Shown here piece after piece: positions 23,774 to 38,604 of a DNA stretch of 64,000 bases. The notes under the pieces are model-generated. The model was not told the origin of the DNA and did not search any database. It saw only the letters and a program-made list of their open reading frames with translations. Positions within the stretch are counted from its first letter, which is position 1, and the number at the start of each line of letters is the position of its first letter. The position numbers and the translations under genes are program-made. This DNA comes from Heptranchias perlo (lineage: Eukaryota). The stretch is taken from positions 72,416,001 to 72,480,000 of the forward strand of contig NC_090331.1 of NCBI RefSeq assembly GCF_035084215.1, read 5' to 3'.

Positions 23774-23832
23774 TTTGAGCTCACAGTTAGATTAGTAACT
23801 GACTGAATGTTTCACTGCTTCACACAGCTTGG

Positions 23833-23912
23833 TATTTATCTGCTGGGCAGAAAGGCCACTCTGGGCTGTATCTTTGTTATTCTAATGATTCAGGATTGAA
23901 AATCAGCAAAAA
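23833..23912 (-). promoter_or_regulatory. Gene 3 proximal promoter with TATA box changed to GATAAATA
   Basis: Plus strand reads tatttatc at 23833-23840. Other motifs retained. Confidence 0.65.
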
Positions 23913-24299
23913 GCAACAAAGCACATGTTGCATTCATTGTAGAAAAACACCTGAAAGATGCCTGATATGTCATTTATTCTTTCCTCTTTGCCTTCCTGTC
24001 ATTTTAATTGTTGCTGAACAAAGCAGTTCTGGAACAAGCTCAGATCCAAAGTGACCCAGGTCTCTTTCAAATAGTTTGATGTAACTGCCTGGTTCTGCTC
24101 CCAAACTGGCCGAGATAAAGACAAACGTATCCAGAGCATGTTCCTTCGTTTATTGCCTTGTACACATCTGATTGATGTATAATTGCGAGTGAGTTTCGTT
24201 TCCAGATTGCGCCACTGCCCCCTCCCAAAAACCTTCAGACAATGATATCACAGCCAGCACCAATCTGATGATATTATTACCTTCATGTGCAGCCATATT

Positions 24300-25120
24300 A
24301 ATACAAACATACGAATTAAGAGCAGGATTAGGCCATTCGGCCTCTCGAGCCTGCTCTGCCATTTGATAAGATCATGGCTGATCTGATTGCGACCTCAACA
24401 CTAATTTCCTATCTACCTACTATAACCTTTGACACCCTTCTTCATCAGGAATCCATCCAACTCAGCCTTAAAAATATTCAATGACCCTGCCTCCACCGCT
24501 CTCTGAGGAAGGGAGTCCCACAGACTCATTACCCTCTGCGAGATAAAAATTCTCCTCATCTCTGTCTTAAATGGGAGACCCCTTATCTTTAAACGGTGGC
24601 CCCGAGTTCGAGTCTCTCCCACAAGGGGATACATCCTCTCAGCTTCTGCCCCTTCTGCTCCCCTCAGGATCTTACATGTTTCAATATGACCACCTCTCAT
24701 TCTTCTAAACTCCAGTCTATACAGGCCCAACTTGTCCAACCTTTCCTCATAAACATAAGATAACCCCCTCATCCCAGGAATCTGTTGAGTGAACCTTCTC
24801 TGAACCGCCACTAAAGCAATTATGTCCTTTCTTAAATAAGGAGACCAAAACTGCACAAGGTATTCTAGATGTGGTCTCACCAATGCCCTGTACAACTGTA
24901 GCAAAACATCTCTACTTTTATATTCCATTCCCCTTGCAATAAATGACAATATTCCATTTGCCTTCCTGATCACTTGCTGCACCTGCATACTCACTTTGAG
25001 ATTCATGTACTTGGACACCCAGATCCCTCTGCACCTCAGAGTTCTGCAATCTCTCTCCATTTAAATAATATACTGCTTTTCTATTCCTCCTGCCAAAGTG
25101 GACAAGTTCACCTTTTCCCA
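24300..25120 (-). mobile_element. Type-B upstream CR1 fragment, gene 3
   Basis: Same element with CATATT flanks. Confidence 0.92.
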
Positions 25121-25392
25121 CATATTGTGGGTGGTGTTTTTAATACAAATTACAGATCATACTTTGTATATTTGGTTTACACAGTTTCTTGAAAAGAAAC
25201 TTCCTGTCTCCTTTTTATTTTAACGTTCAGGACAACAAATAGGAAAATTCAAATAAGTAAGAGAACAATAGAAAGTTAAGATGTGGAAAACAACGTCAGA
25301 GATTGAAAGTAGCTTTCAGCTTTGTTTGTCCCGACGGCAAAGTGTTAAAGACCAGATAGGTCTCCTTGGAGATAACTTGGAAAAAAGGATGT

Positions 25393-25633
25393 GAGATCAC
25401 TGTACTTTCCCAGAGATCACTGTGCTTTTCCATAGATCACTGTACTTTCCGAGATAACATTATGCTTCTGCATTGACCGTATTAATCTCGATGGGATCAT
25501 TCGACTTTCCCAGAGAACACAATACTTTCCCAGAGAACACTGTATTTTTCCAGAGATCGCTGTGAACTCCCAGAGATCACTATACTCTCCCAGAGATGGC
25601 TGTAGTTTCCCAGAGAACACTGTAATTTCCCAC
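25393..25633. repeat. 20-bp minisatellite, ~12 units
   Basis: Same consensus. Confidence 0.9.
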
Positions 25634-26742
25634 TGCCTTTTCCTGTTAATTGAGGAGTGATCCAGTTCGATTTTGAGCTCCCTCAAAGCAGCGCAACTTG
25701 GGTTGGGAACAAGGTTGTGCAGAGGATTGTAGCTGTGATACTTTGGCCCCAAACCTTTGCTGGATTTGACCCATAAATCTTGAAGCTTTTATAACGGGGG
25801 GAAAGTAGACCAATGATTAAAAACAGATAAGAAACATTAATCATTGATCATTGTTAATGTCACTGACCCGAGGAATGTCACTTCCACACAGAATATCAAT
25901 TATGTATTTTAATAAAAATATTATTGAGGTTGCATTCCAAAAAGGAACCAGTTGCAGAGTTGTGATTGATTTGGTAAATCGTGCAAATGTGCACCTTACC
26001 TGACTGAGTGCAATAACAGAACCTCCTGTGATTCATAAATTTGTATTTTACCAAACGAGCAACCTTTGTACTCGGGGTAGTTGAGAAGCAGCTCTGTCAG
26101 TTACATCACTACATTTTTAAAATAAATCGTGGAATAAACAAAATACTGAGGGTGGAATTGACTTTCTGCACCTGATAAGTAAAAATAAAGAATACATGAA
26201 GTGAAATTCGTTATCTAGATTTTTAATATAGTAAAATGTTAATGCACTACAGACCCATGATGTGACCAATTGTATATATTCTGCTGTGTGTTAAACCATG
26301 TTCTATGTATTAATGGCAATAAGTGGTTTCTGAAAACATATGAACATACAAAAATGAAGGGTAGGAAAAGGCCAGCAGGTCCATCAAGGCTGCCCCACAC
26401 GCATGATGGCTGGAGCATCACAACTGGGCCTATCCAACTCCCCAAAGCCATGTTATCTCCTGCTATCTCCATCAATCCACTGTGAGACCACAACTTGTCC
26501 TTCACAGTGGAGAAGAGCTCAGTGATCCAAACCTTCTCATTATTTTCACTGCCTGCTCTCTCAGGTTTCAGGGCTGGTCTCCCAGGCGATGTCGGAGCAG
26601 AGTGCACTTCAATCAAATCGACTCTCCATTAGAAGTGTCATTTTCCTGACTGCAAGATAGCCAGGATTTCGTTAAAAATCCTTCTTGCAGCCCATCCTAG
26701 AAGTACCCTGGAAATATTATTCCTCCTTGGTTTTGACTTGTA

Positions 26743-29700
26743 TAAAATCTAGTTTAAAATCTTTTAAAATCTAGTGTTAATTGCTATTAACTGTTAAGTA
26801 TGATCGACTGTTTCAGTTCAATTTTAAACTTTAAATTTTTAAGTTTGTCAGGCTGAAGCAGAGACAAACTGGAGAGCTGCTGTCGTTCGTTAAATGGTTC
26901 GCTGGATTAAACTGGTTCCTGAAAGAGTCGCAGAGCAGGGCTGACTCATCTGAGTCACAAACAGTGGAAATAACAGGGGCCTGTGAGTGCAACGGCACTG
27001 AGTGCAGTGGGGACGGAGTGAACAACTTGAGAGTTTGGGAAGTGTGGGAGTTCGGTGAAGTGGGGGAAGGAGGTGCTGCTTTGCCTTGCTTTTCCTAACT
27101 TTTCCACAGAGCAGCGGCAGACCTGAGCAGCAGCAGACTGAGAACGGGATAAAAGCAGCAGCATAAGAACCATAAGAACATCAGAGATAGGAGAAGGAGT
27201 AGGCCATTCGGCCCCTCGAGCCTGCTCCGCCATTTAATGAGATCATGGCTGATCTGATTTTTACCTCAACTCCACCTTCCTGCACTTTCCCCATATCCTT
27301 GACTACCTTGCTGATCAAAAATTTGTCTAACTCAACCTTGATTGTGTTCAATGATTCAGCCTCCACAGCTTTTTGGAGTGACCCCTTATTCTGAGATTAT
27401 GAAACCCAAGTTTTAGATTCCCCCATAAGGGATAACATCCTCTCAGCATCTACAATATCGAGTCCCCTCAGAATCTTGTATGTTTCAATAAGATCTCCTC
27501 TCATTCTTCTAAACTCCAATGAGTATACACCCAACCTGTTCAATCTTTCCTCATAAGACAACGCTTCCATACCCGGAATCAACCTCGTGAACCTTCTTTG
27601 AACTGCCTCCAATGCAAGTATATCCTTCCTGAAATAAGGGCACCAGGACTGTACGCAGTACTCCAGGTGTGGCCTCACCAGCACCCTGTACAGTTGTAGA
27701 ATGACTTCCCTGCTTTCATACTCCATCCCCCTGGAAATAAAGGCCACTATTCCGTTTGCCTTCCGGATTACCTGCTGCACCTGTTGACTTTTTGTGTTTC
27801 ATGTACGAGGACACCCAGATCCCTCTGTACCGCAGCATTTTGTAGTATTTCTCCATTCAAATAATATTTTGCTTTTTTATTTTTCCTCCCAAAGTGGATG
27901 ACTTCACATTTTCCCACATTATATTCCATCTGCCAAATTTCTGCCCATTCGCTTAACCTGTCAGTATCCCTTTGCAGACACTTTGTGTCCTCATCACAAC
28001 TTGCTTTTCCACCTATCTTTGTATCATCAGTAAATTTGGCCACATGACACTCTGTTCCTTCATCCAAGTCATTGATATATATTGTAAATAGTTGAGGCCT
28101 CAGCACTGATCCCTGCGGCACCCCACTAGTTACAGATAACCATTTTGAAAATGACCCTTTTATTCCGACTCTTTGTTTTCTGTTAGCTAGCCAGTCTTCT
28201 ATCCATGCCAGTAAATTTCCCCCAACACCATGAGCTCCTATCTTGTGCAGTAATCTTTGATGTGGCACCTTATCGAATGCCTTTAGGAAATCCAAATACA
28301 CTGCATCCATTGGTTCCCCTTTATCCACCCTGCCCGTTACTTCCTCAAAGAACTCCAATAAATTTGTCAGACATGATTTCCCCTTCATAAAACCATGTTG
28401 ACTCTCCTTGATTGTATTATGAGTCTCCAAATGTCCTGCTGTTACTTCCTTAATCATGGATTCTCGCATTTTCCCAATGACAGATGTTAGGCTAAGTGGT
28501 CTGTAGTTACCTGCTTTCGATCTCACTCCCTTCTTGAATAGGGGTGTTACATTTGCGGTTTTCCAATCCGCTGGGACCTTTCCAGAATCTAGTGAATTCT
28601 GGAAGATGACAACCAATGCATCCACTATCTCTGTAGCCACTTCCTTTAAGACCCTTGGATGCAAGCCATAAGGTCCAGGGGACTTGTCAGCCTTTAGACC
28701 CATTAGTTTCCCTAGTACTTTTTCTCTCGTGATAGTGATTGTTTTTAGATCCTCCCCCCACTTTGCCCCTTGATTTTCTACAATTATTGTGATGTTATTA
28801 GTGTCTTCTACTCTGAAGACAGATACAAACTATCTGTTCAATTCCTCTGCCATTTCCTTGTTTTCCATTATTATTTCCCCAGTCTCATCCTCTAAGGGAC
28901 CAATGTTTACTTTAGCTACCCTCTTCCTTTTTATATACTTGTCGAAGCTTATTTTTTTCAGCAGACCTGCAATCAGAGAAAACTGCAGTGTGACGTCACA
29001 GGTGAGGCAGGTAAGTGATTGGTAGTGACTGTGGGCTAAGTTTTGAGTTAACATATAGCATATAACTAAATTTTAAAAACTAAACTTAATTGAATTAATC
29101 TAATAAATTAAACAAGGAAAATAATTTGTTGAACTCTAAATTAATGAAATAAATAAAATAATGGGAGAACAAGAGATGTGTTGCTGCTGCAATATGTGGG
29201 AGCTTATGGACCTTTTTGTCCAGGGTGACTACATCTGCAGTAAGTGTCTGCGGATCGAGGAATTTTGGCCTCGAGTTGAGGAGCTGGAGTTCGAGCTGCG
29301 GATGTTGTGAGACATCAGGGAGGGAGAAAGCGACCTGGACCTTTTGCTCCAGGAGGCAGTCACACCCCTTAGATTAGATACTTTAGAACTGACACGTGGT
29401 CAGGGACAGGAGGGTGTGACTGTGAGTGAGGCAGGTTCGGGGGTCCAGGAGGTCGTATTGCAGGATCCTCAGTCCCTGCGCTTGTCCAATGGATTTGAGG
29501 TTCTTGCAACCCTTGTGGACAAGCGTGGGACTGCGTGGAGGACGAGCAAACTGACCACGGCATCGAGGTGCACAAAGCCGTTCAAGTGGGGGGAGTAAAA
29601 AGGAAGGTGGTTGCAGTAGGAGACAGTATAGTTTGGGGGATAGACACTGTTCTCTGCAGCCAGGAGCATGAGTCCCGAAGTCTATGTTGCCAACCCGGTG

Positions 29701-32700
29701 CCAGGGTTAAGGTTATCTCCTACGGGCTGGAGAAGAACTTGGAGTGGGAGGGGGAGGACCTTGTTGTCGTGGTCCATATTGGTGCCAATGACATTGGTTG
29801 GACTAAGAAAAAGGTTCTACTGAGAGAGTTTGAGCAGCTAGGGACTAAATTAAAAAGCAGAACTGCAAAGGTAATAATCTCTGGATTGTTACCTGAGCCA
29901 CGAGCAAATTGGCATAACGTCAATAAGATCAGAGGGATGAATGCGTGGCTCAAAGATTGGTGTGGGAGAAGTGAGTTTCGATTCATGGGGCACTGGCACC
30001 AGTACTGGGGAAAGAGAGAGCTGTTCCATTGGGTCAGACTACACCTGAACCATGCTGGGACCAGAGTTCTATCAAATCAAATAACTGGGGAGGTAGATAG
30101 GGCTTTAAACTAAATAAGGGGCGGAGGAAGGGTCCCGCTGGAGAGAAATCTAGAATGTCAAAGAGAAAAGACAAGGAAGCAGTGCAGGAAAGTGATTGGG
30201 GTAAGGATAACCAGATTGTGTCAGGAAGGGACAGACCGTACAAACAAAAGAGTGCACTAACAAATAGAGTCCGGATAAGAAAAATGGTAATAAGACTAAT
30301 GGGGCTAGAGTACATAAAAATGTAAAGATGTCTAAAAATGTTAAAAAGACAAATCCAAAGGCACTGTATCTGAATGCACGAAGCATTCGTAATAAAGTAG
30401 ATGAATTAACAGCACAAATAGATGTAAACGGATATGATATAATTGCAATTACAGAGACTTGGCTGCAGGGTGTCCAAGGCTGGAAGCTTAATATCCAAGG
30501 GTATTCGATATTTAGGAAGGACAGGCAAAAAGGAAAAGGAGGTGGGGTGGCATTGTTAGTAAAGGATGAGATCAGAGCAACAGTGAGAAAGGATAATGGC
30601 TCAGAAAATCAAGATGTAGAATCAGTCTGGGTGGAGTTATGAAGCAACAAGGGGCAGAAAACACTGGTGGGAGTAGTCTATAGGCCTCCAAACAGTAATA
30701 GTAATGTAGGGGATGGCATCAAACAGGAAATTAGAGGCGCATGTAACGAGGGTACTCGAGTAATCATGGGTGACTTTAATCTACATACAGACTGGCCAAA
30801 CCAAATGAATTCCTGGAGTGTGTACGAGATGATTTTTTCGACCAGTACATTGAGGAGCCAACCAGGGAACAGGCTATCCTAGATTGGGTATTGTGCAATG
30901 AGAAGGGATTAATAAATAATCTTGTTGTGCGGGTACTTAGGGGAAGATTGACCTTAACATGATAGAAGTCTTCATTAAGATGGAAAGTGAAGTAGTCCAA
31001 TCTGAAACTGGGGTCCTAAATCTAAAGAAAGGAAACTATGAAGGTATGAGGAGTGAGTTGGCTCTGATAGATTGGGAAGCTTCATTAAAAGGCATGATGG
31101 TGGATAGGCAATGGCTCACATTTAAGGAACGAATGCATGAATTGCAACAATTATACATTCCTTTCTGGTGCAAAAACACAAAAGGAAAAGCGGCCCAACC
31201 ATGGCTAACAATAGAAATTAAAGATAGTGCTAGATCCAATGAGGAGTCATATAAAGTTGCCAGAAAAAGCAGCAAGCCTGAGGATTGGGAGCAGTTTAGA
31301 ATTCAGCAAATAAGGGACAAGGGATTGATTAAGAGGGGAAAAATAGAGTACGAGAGTGAACTTGCAATGAACATGAAAGTAGACTGTACAAGCTTCTACA
31401 AGTATGTAAAAAGAGAAAGATTAGTGAAGGCAAAGGTAGGTCCCTTACGGTCAGAAACGGGAGAATTTATAATGGGGAACAGGGAAATGGCAGAGCAATT
31501 AAACAAATACTTTGGTTCTGTCTTCACAGAAGACGACACAGAAAACTTCCCAGAAATGCTCGAGGACCAAAGGACGAGTGAGAAGGAGGAATTAAAGGAA
31601 ATTAGTATTCGTAAAAACATAGTGCTGGGGAAATTAATGGGACTGAAAGTCGATAAATCCCCAGGGCCGAATAAACTGCATTCCAGAGCACTAAAAGAGG
31701 TAGCCATGGAAATAGTGGATGCATTAGTTGTCATCGTCCTAAATTCTATAGATTATGGAACAGATCCTATGGATTGGAGGATGGCAAATGGAACCCCACT
31801 ATTTCAAAAAGAAGGGAGAGAGAAATCAGGGAACGACAGATCGGTTAGCCTAACATCAATAGCAGGGAAATTGCTAGAGTCTTTGATGAAGGATGTGTTA
31901 ACAGGACCCTTAGAAAAAATCAACGGAATTAGACAAAGTCAACGTGGATTTATTAAAGGGAAAGCATTTTTGACAAACCTACAAGAGTTTTTTGAGGATG
32001 AAACTGGTACAATAGATAAGGGAGAACCAGTGGATGTGGTTTATTTGGATTTTCAGAAGACCTTTGATAAGGTCCCACATAAGAGGTTAGTGGGCAAAAT
32101 TAAAGCACAGGGAATTGGTTGTAATATACTGGCATGGATTGAAAATTGGTTAACAGACAGGAAAGAGAGTCGGAATAAATGGGTCTTTTTCGGGGTGGCA
32201 GGCAGTGACTAGTGGGGTACCTCAGGGATCAGTGCTCGGGCCCCAGATATTCACAATATATATCAATGATTTGGATGAGGGAAGCAAATATAATATTTCC
32301 AAGTTTGCTGACGACACAAAACTCGGTGGGATTGTCAGTTGTGAGGAGGATGCAAAGAGGCTTCAAGGCAATTTAAACAAGTTGAGCGAGTGGGCAAAGT
32401 ATAATGTGGAAAAATGTGAAGTTATCCACTTCGGAAGGAAAAACAGAAAGGCAGAGTATTATTTCAATGGTGATAGATTGGGAAATGGTTGATGTACAAA
32501 GGAACCTGGGTGTCCTTGTACACCAGTCACTGAAAGCAAACATGCAGTTGCAGCAAGCAGTTAGGAAGGCAAATGGTATGTTGGCCTTCATTGCAAGAGG
32601 ATTTAAATACAGGAGCAAGGATGTCTTACTGCAGTTATACAGGGCCTTGATGAGACCACACCTAGAGTATAGTGTGCAGTTTTGGTCTCCTTACTTAAGA

Positions 32701-33218
32701 AAGGATCTACTTGCCATGGAGGGAGTGCAGCGAAAGTTCACCAGACTGATTCCTGGGATGGCAGAACTGTCATATGAGGAGAGATTGGGTCGACTCGGCC
32801 TGTATTCACTCGAGTTTAGAGTGAGAGCGGATCTCATTGAAACGTATAAATTTCTGATAGGGCGAGACAGACTGGACGCAGGGAGGATGTTTCCCCTGGC
32901 TGTGGGATCCAGAACGAGGGGTCACAGTCTCAGGATACGGGGTAGGACATTTAGGACTGAGATGAGGAGAAATTTCTTCACTCAGAGGGTGGTGAACCTG
33001 TGGAATTCTCTACGACAGAAGACTGTGCAGGCCAAGTCACTGAATATATTTAAGAAGGAGCGAGATAGATTTCTAGATGCAAAAGGCATCAAGGGGTATG
33101 GAGAGAGAGCGGGAATATGGTATTGAAGTAGAGGATCAGCCATGATCATATTGAATGGCAGAGCAGGCTCGAACGACCGAATGGCCTACTCCTGCTCCTT
33201 TTTCTATGTTTCTATGTT
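26743..33218 (+). mobile_element. CR1 LINE composite, copy 3
   Basis: Same junctions and shared disablements as copy 1. Confidence 0.93.
27162..28958 (-). mobile_element. Nested antisense CR1, copy 3
   Basis: RT ORFs 27768-28703 and 27397-27780, with CAGCAG flanks. Confidence 0.92.
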
Positions 33219-33857
33219 AACCGACTTACATTGAGAACCATGAGCGTGTGTACAGTTACAGCATTGAATCAAATGAGATTTTTCATGTACACCTGAGCAA
33301 TATATCCACTTCTTCACTGAAAGTGGTGAACATTGGAAATGGATTTCAATATAATATTGTTTTCTGATGTGATTTTCAATGTTTGTACTTTAAAAAGCAG
33401 TTACATTCTCTTGGAGTTGAGGACAAGAGTGAAGCTGGACTAAATGCTGTGGATATTTTTACTTTAAAAGTGCCTGATTCTTATTCCAGGTTTCCTTCAG
33501 TCAACTGAGATGATATAGAAATGAGAACCTTGGATATCATTCATGGGACAAGCAGCCCTCATTCATAGTGACTTCCATTTTGATGCTCACTTTCATGAAG
33601 TCCGTGCATTGTATTGTCAGTCTCATGGACAACGTTCATTCTTAAATCTGCATTTACTGAATTGAAATCAATTCATTAGCTGAGATCAAAGAGGTACAAT
33701 ACTCGGCATGAGACACCAGCCTGAGATTTCCATGAGATTTCTCTGTGATTTCCACCATTATCCAAATATAAATGACAAACTTGTTTGTTAAGTAGAGGAG
33801 ATTTTATTAATCTTAAGACCATTTCAGAGAGACAAAATCATGTTTCTCAAGAACAAT

Positions 33858-35635
33858 CTAGAAGTCCCTCATGCGCCTGAAAGATCCGATAGTTGAGCTG
33901 TAGCCACCCCAGTCACTGAATCTCCTGTATTCACCGGGTCTCATGAAGTACTGTCGGCCTCTGTAGTTGGGATGTTCATAGAAGGTCCAGTAACCGTCCA
34001 TCACATGGCAGGAGTGAATGTCACGGTAGCGGAAACAATCGTAGACAGATGGACAGTCATCCATGAATTCCATCATCTGTCCTCCAAAGTCAGGCCTCTC
34101 GTAAATCCTCATTCTGTAGTTTCCACCTCTGTACTGTAATATAAAAAGATCATATTAGTGAAGAAACTATAAATGTTCAGTGTCTAGAAAGACAGCCTCC
34201 TGGTGAGAAGGGAGCTTAAGAAAGGTTGCAGATGATGTTTCTGAAAAGCAAGAGACCGTTCAGTGACATCTATTGAAGCAGCAGATTCTCTCCTAACTGA
34301 AGTCACCAAGCAGCTCTTGTGTAAATGATAAGATAAGATGCCTAAGTTCTGAGTCTCCCTGTAGGTGGTGTTTTTACATTCCAAACTTCCAATCAAACAA
34401 TTAGGCATTCAATTCTAATTGGTTAATTATTGTGAACTAATTCATCCAATTATATTCCCGTTTTTATTGAAACTTTAGACTGTTGCACAGATCACATGTT
34501 ACCCAGTTTTTTTTATATTGGTTCATAGATATAGGCATCGTTGGCAAGGCCAGCATTTATTAACAATCCCTAATTGCCCTTGAGAAGGTAGTGGTGAGCC
34601 GCCTTCTCAAAACGCTGCAATCCGTGTGGTGAAGGTTCTCTCACAGTGCTGTTATGAATGTTACTTGCCACTGAACAGCCCCAACCTGGATGTTGTCCAG
34701 TCCTTGCTGCATGCGGGCTCGGACTGCATCATTATCTGAGGGGTTGCAAATGGAACTGAACACTGTGCAATCATCAGCGAACATCACCATTTCTGACCTT
34801 ATGATTGAGGGAAGGTCACTGATGAAGCAGTTGAAGATGGTTGGGCGCACGACACTGCCCTGAGGAACTCATGCAACAATGACCTGGGGCTGAGATGATA
34901 AGCCTCCAACAACCACTACCATCTTCTTTTGTGCCAGGCATGACTCCAGCCACTGCAGAGTTTTCCCCTGATTCCCATTGACTTCAATTTTACTCGGGCT
35001 CCTTGGTGCCACGCTCGGTTAAATGCTGCCTTGATGTCAAGGGCCATCATCACCTCTGGAATTCAGCTCTTTTAAGTTTGCATAATTATGCTCTTAAGAA
35101 CCAAGCTGTGTATCTTTATTATTATAAGAAATATCAGGTCATTTAGATATAACACGCACAAAGCTTTACAACGTGTGAAAAAAGCTGAAGTGTTTTCCCA
35201 GTTGACATTGACAAACTCAATTGCTCAGCAAGTTGTCATTAACTTGTCCTCAATCTGGGTAAAATATACAAACCATCAAAGGTAACTTACATATGGGTAG
35301 GTGCGACATGACCCGATGCTGTCATTGAATCCCATCCAGCGCTGGTAGTCAGGATATTCTCCTCTGCTCAGAACATACTGGTATCCCATGTAATTGGGTC
35401 TCTCATACAGCACCCACCAGTCACTCTCAACACGGATGGAGTTGCAGCGGCTGAAGTAAGAGGACAGGTCAGCATAGTCAGTACTGCACTCGTAGTGCCG
35501 ACCCTGGAAGTTCCTGTCTTCATAAAAGATGATCTGTGGAAAGATATAGATTTGCAAATTAATATTTTCTCAAACTAGGAGATTGAAGAGTTATAATACA
35601 AAGTATAAAATCTGAGTTCTCCTTGCCTTTCCCAT
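33858..35635 (-). CDS. cryg: Gamma-crystallin gene 4 (type B), 175 aa; exons 35627-35635, 35291-35533, 33858-34133
   Basis: Same exon structure and splice sites. Protein identical to gene 3. Confidence 0.95.
34507..35067 (-). mobile_element. Intron 2 LINE fragment, gene 4
   Basis: Copy of 10809-11369. Confidence 0.85.
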
Positions 35636-35694
35636 TTTGAGCTCACAGTTAGATTAGTAACTGACTGAATGTTTCACTGCTTCACACAGCTTGG

Positions 35695-35774
35695 TATTTA
35701 TATGCTGGGCAGAAAGGCCACTCTGGGCTGTATCTTTGTTATTCTAATGATTCAGGATTGAAAATCAGCAAAAA
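35695..35774 (-). promoter_or_regulatory. Gene 4 proximal promoter (intact TATAAATA)
   Basis: tatttata at 35695-35702, with SOX-like and half-MARE motifs. Confidence 0.7.
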
Positions 35775-36161
35775 GCAACAAAGCACATGTTGCATTCATT
35801 GTAGAAAAACACCTGAAAGATGCCTGATGTGTCATTTATTCTTTCCTCTTTGCCTTCCTGTCATTTTAATTGTTGCTGAACAAAGCAGTTCTGGAACAAT
35901 CTCAGATCCAAAGTGACCCAGGTCTCTTTCAAATAGTTTGATGTAACTGCCTGGTTCTGCTCCCAAACTGGCCGAGATGAAGACAAACATATCCAGAGCA
36001 TGTTCCTTCGTTTATTGCCTTGTACACATCTGATTGATGTATAATTGCGAGTGAGTTTAGTTTCCAGATTGCGCCACTGCCCCCTCCCAAAAACCTTCAG
36101 ACAATGATATCACAGCCAGCACCAATCTGATGACATTATTACCTTCATGTGCAGCCATATT

Positions 36162-36982
36162 AATACAAACATACGAATTAAGAGCAGGATTTGGCCATTC
36201 GGCCTCTCGAGCCTGCTCTGCCATTTGATAAGATCATGGCTGATCTGATTGCGACCTCAACACTAATTTCCTGTCTACCTACTATAACCTTTGACACCCT
36301 TGATCATCAGGAATCCATCTCACTCAGCCTTAAAAATATTCAATGACCCAGCCTTCACCGCTCTCTGAGGAAGGGAGTCCCACAGACTCATGACCCTCTG
36401 CGAGATAAAAATTCTCCTCATCTCTGTCTTAAATGGGAGACCCCTTATCTTTAAACGGTGGCCCCGAGTTCGAGTCTCTCCCACAAGGGGATAAATCCTC
36501 TCAGCTTCTGCCCCTTCTGCTCCCCTCAGGAACTTACATGTTTCAATATGACCACCTCTCATTCTTCTAAACTCCAGTCTATACAGGCCCAACTTGTCCA
36601 ACCTTTCCTCATAAACATAAGATAACCCCCTCATCCCAGGAATCTGTTGAGTGAACCTTTTCTGAACCGCCACTAAAGCAATTATGTCCTTTCTTAAATA
36701 AGGAGACCAAAACTGCACAAGGTATTCTAGATGTGGTCTCACCAATGCCCTGTACAACTGTAGCAAAACATCTCTACTTTTATATTCCATTCCCCTTGCA
36801 ATAAATGACAATATTCCATTTGCCTTCCTGATCACTTGCTGCACCTGCATACTCACTTTGAGATTCATGTACTTGGACACCCAGATCCCTCTGCACCTCA
36901 GAGTTCTGCAATCTCTCTCCATTTAAATAATATACTGCTTTTCTATTCCTCCTGCCAAAGTGGACAAGTTCACCTTTTCCCA
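36162..36982 (-). mobile_element. Type-B upstream CR1 fragment, gene 4
   Basis: Same element with CATATT flanks. Confidence 0.92.
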
Positions 36983-37254
36983 CATATTGTGGGTGGTGTT
37001 TTTAATACAAATTACAGATCATACTTTGTATATTTGGTTTACACAGTTTCTTGAAAAGAAACTTCCTGTCTCCTTTTTATTTTAACGTTCAGGACAACAA
37101 ATAGGAAAATTCAAATAAGTAAGAGAACAATAGAAAGTTAAGATGTGGAAAACAACGTCAGAGATTGAAAGTAGCTTTCAGCTTTGTTTGTCCCGACGGC
37201 AAAGTGTTAAAGACCAGATAGGTCTCCTTGGAGATAACTTGGAAAAAAGGATGT

Positions 37255-37495
37255 GAGATCACTGTACTTTCCCAGAGATCACTGTGCTTTTCCATATATC
37301 ACTGTACTTTCCGAGATAACATTATGCTTCTGCATTGACCGTATTAATCTCGATGGGATCATTCGACTTTCCCAGAGAACACAATACTTTCCCAGAGAAC
37401 ACTGTATTTTTCCAGAGATCGCTGTGAACTCCCAGAGATCACTATACTCTCCCAGAGATGGCTATAGTTTCCCAGAGAACACTGTAATTTCCCAC
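37255..37495. repeat. 20-bp minisatellite, ~12 units
   Basis: Same consensus. Confidence 0.9.
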
Positions 37496-38604
37496 TGCCT
37501 TTTCCTGTTAATTGAGGAGTGATCCAGTTCGATTTTGAGCTCCCTCAAAGCAGCGCAACTTGGGTTGGGAACAAGGTTGTGCAGAGGATTGTAGCTGTGA
37601 TACTTTGGCCCCAAACCTTTGCTGGATTTGACCCATAAATCTTGAAGCTTTTATAACGGGGGGAAAGTAGACCAATGATTAAAAACAGATAAGAAACATT
37701 AATCATTGATCATTGTTAATGTCACTGACCCGAGGAATGTCACTTCCACACAGAATATCAATTATGTATTTTAATAAAAATATTATTGAGGTTGCATTCC
37801 AAAAAGGAACCAGTTGCAGAGTTGTGATTGATTTGGTAAATCGTGCAAATGTGCACCTTACCTGACTGAGTGCAATAACAGAACCTCCTGTGATTCATAA
37901 ATTTGTATTTTACCAAACGAGCAACCTTTGTACTCGGGGTAGTTGAGAAGCAGCTCTGTCAGTTACATCACTACATTTTTAAAATAAATCGTGGAATAAA
38001 CAAAATACTGAGGGTGGAATTGACTTTCTGCACCTGATAAGTAAAAATAAAGAATACATGAAGTGAAATTCGTTATCTAGATTTTTAATATAGTAAAATG
38101 TTAATGCACTACAGACTCATGATGTGACCAATTGTATATATTCTGCTGTGTGTTAAACCATGTTCTATGTATTAATGGCAATAAGTGGTTTCTGAAAACA
38201 TATGAACATACAAAAATGAAGGGTAGGAAAAGGCCAGCAGGTCCATCAAGGCTGCCCCACATGCATGATGGCTGGAGCATCACAACTGGACCTATCCAAC
38301 TCCCCAAAGCCATGTTATCTCCTGCTATCTCCATCAATCCACTGTGAGACCACAACTTGTCCTTCACAGTGGAGAAGAGCTCAGTGATCCAAACCTTCTC
38401 ATTATTTTCACTGCCTGCTCTCTCAGGTTTCAGGGCTGGTCTCCCAGGCGATGTCGGAGCAGAGTGCACTTCAATCAAATCGACTCTCCATTAGAAGTGT
38501 CATTTTCCTGACTGCAAGATAGCCAGGATTTCGTTAAAAATCCTTCTTGCAGCCCATCCTAGAAGTACCCTGGAAATATTATTCCTCCTTGGTTTTGACT
38601 TGTA

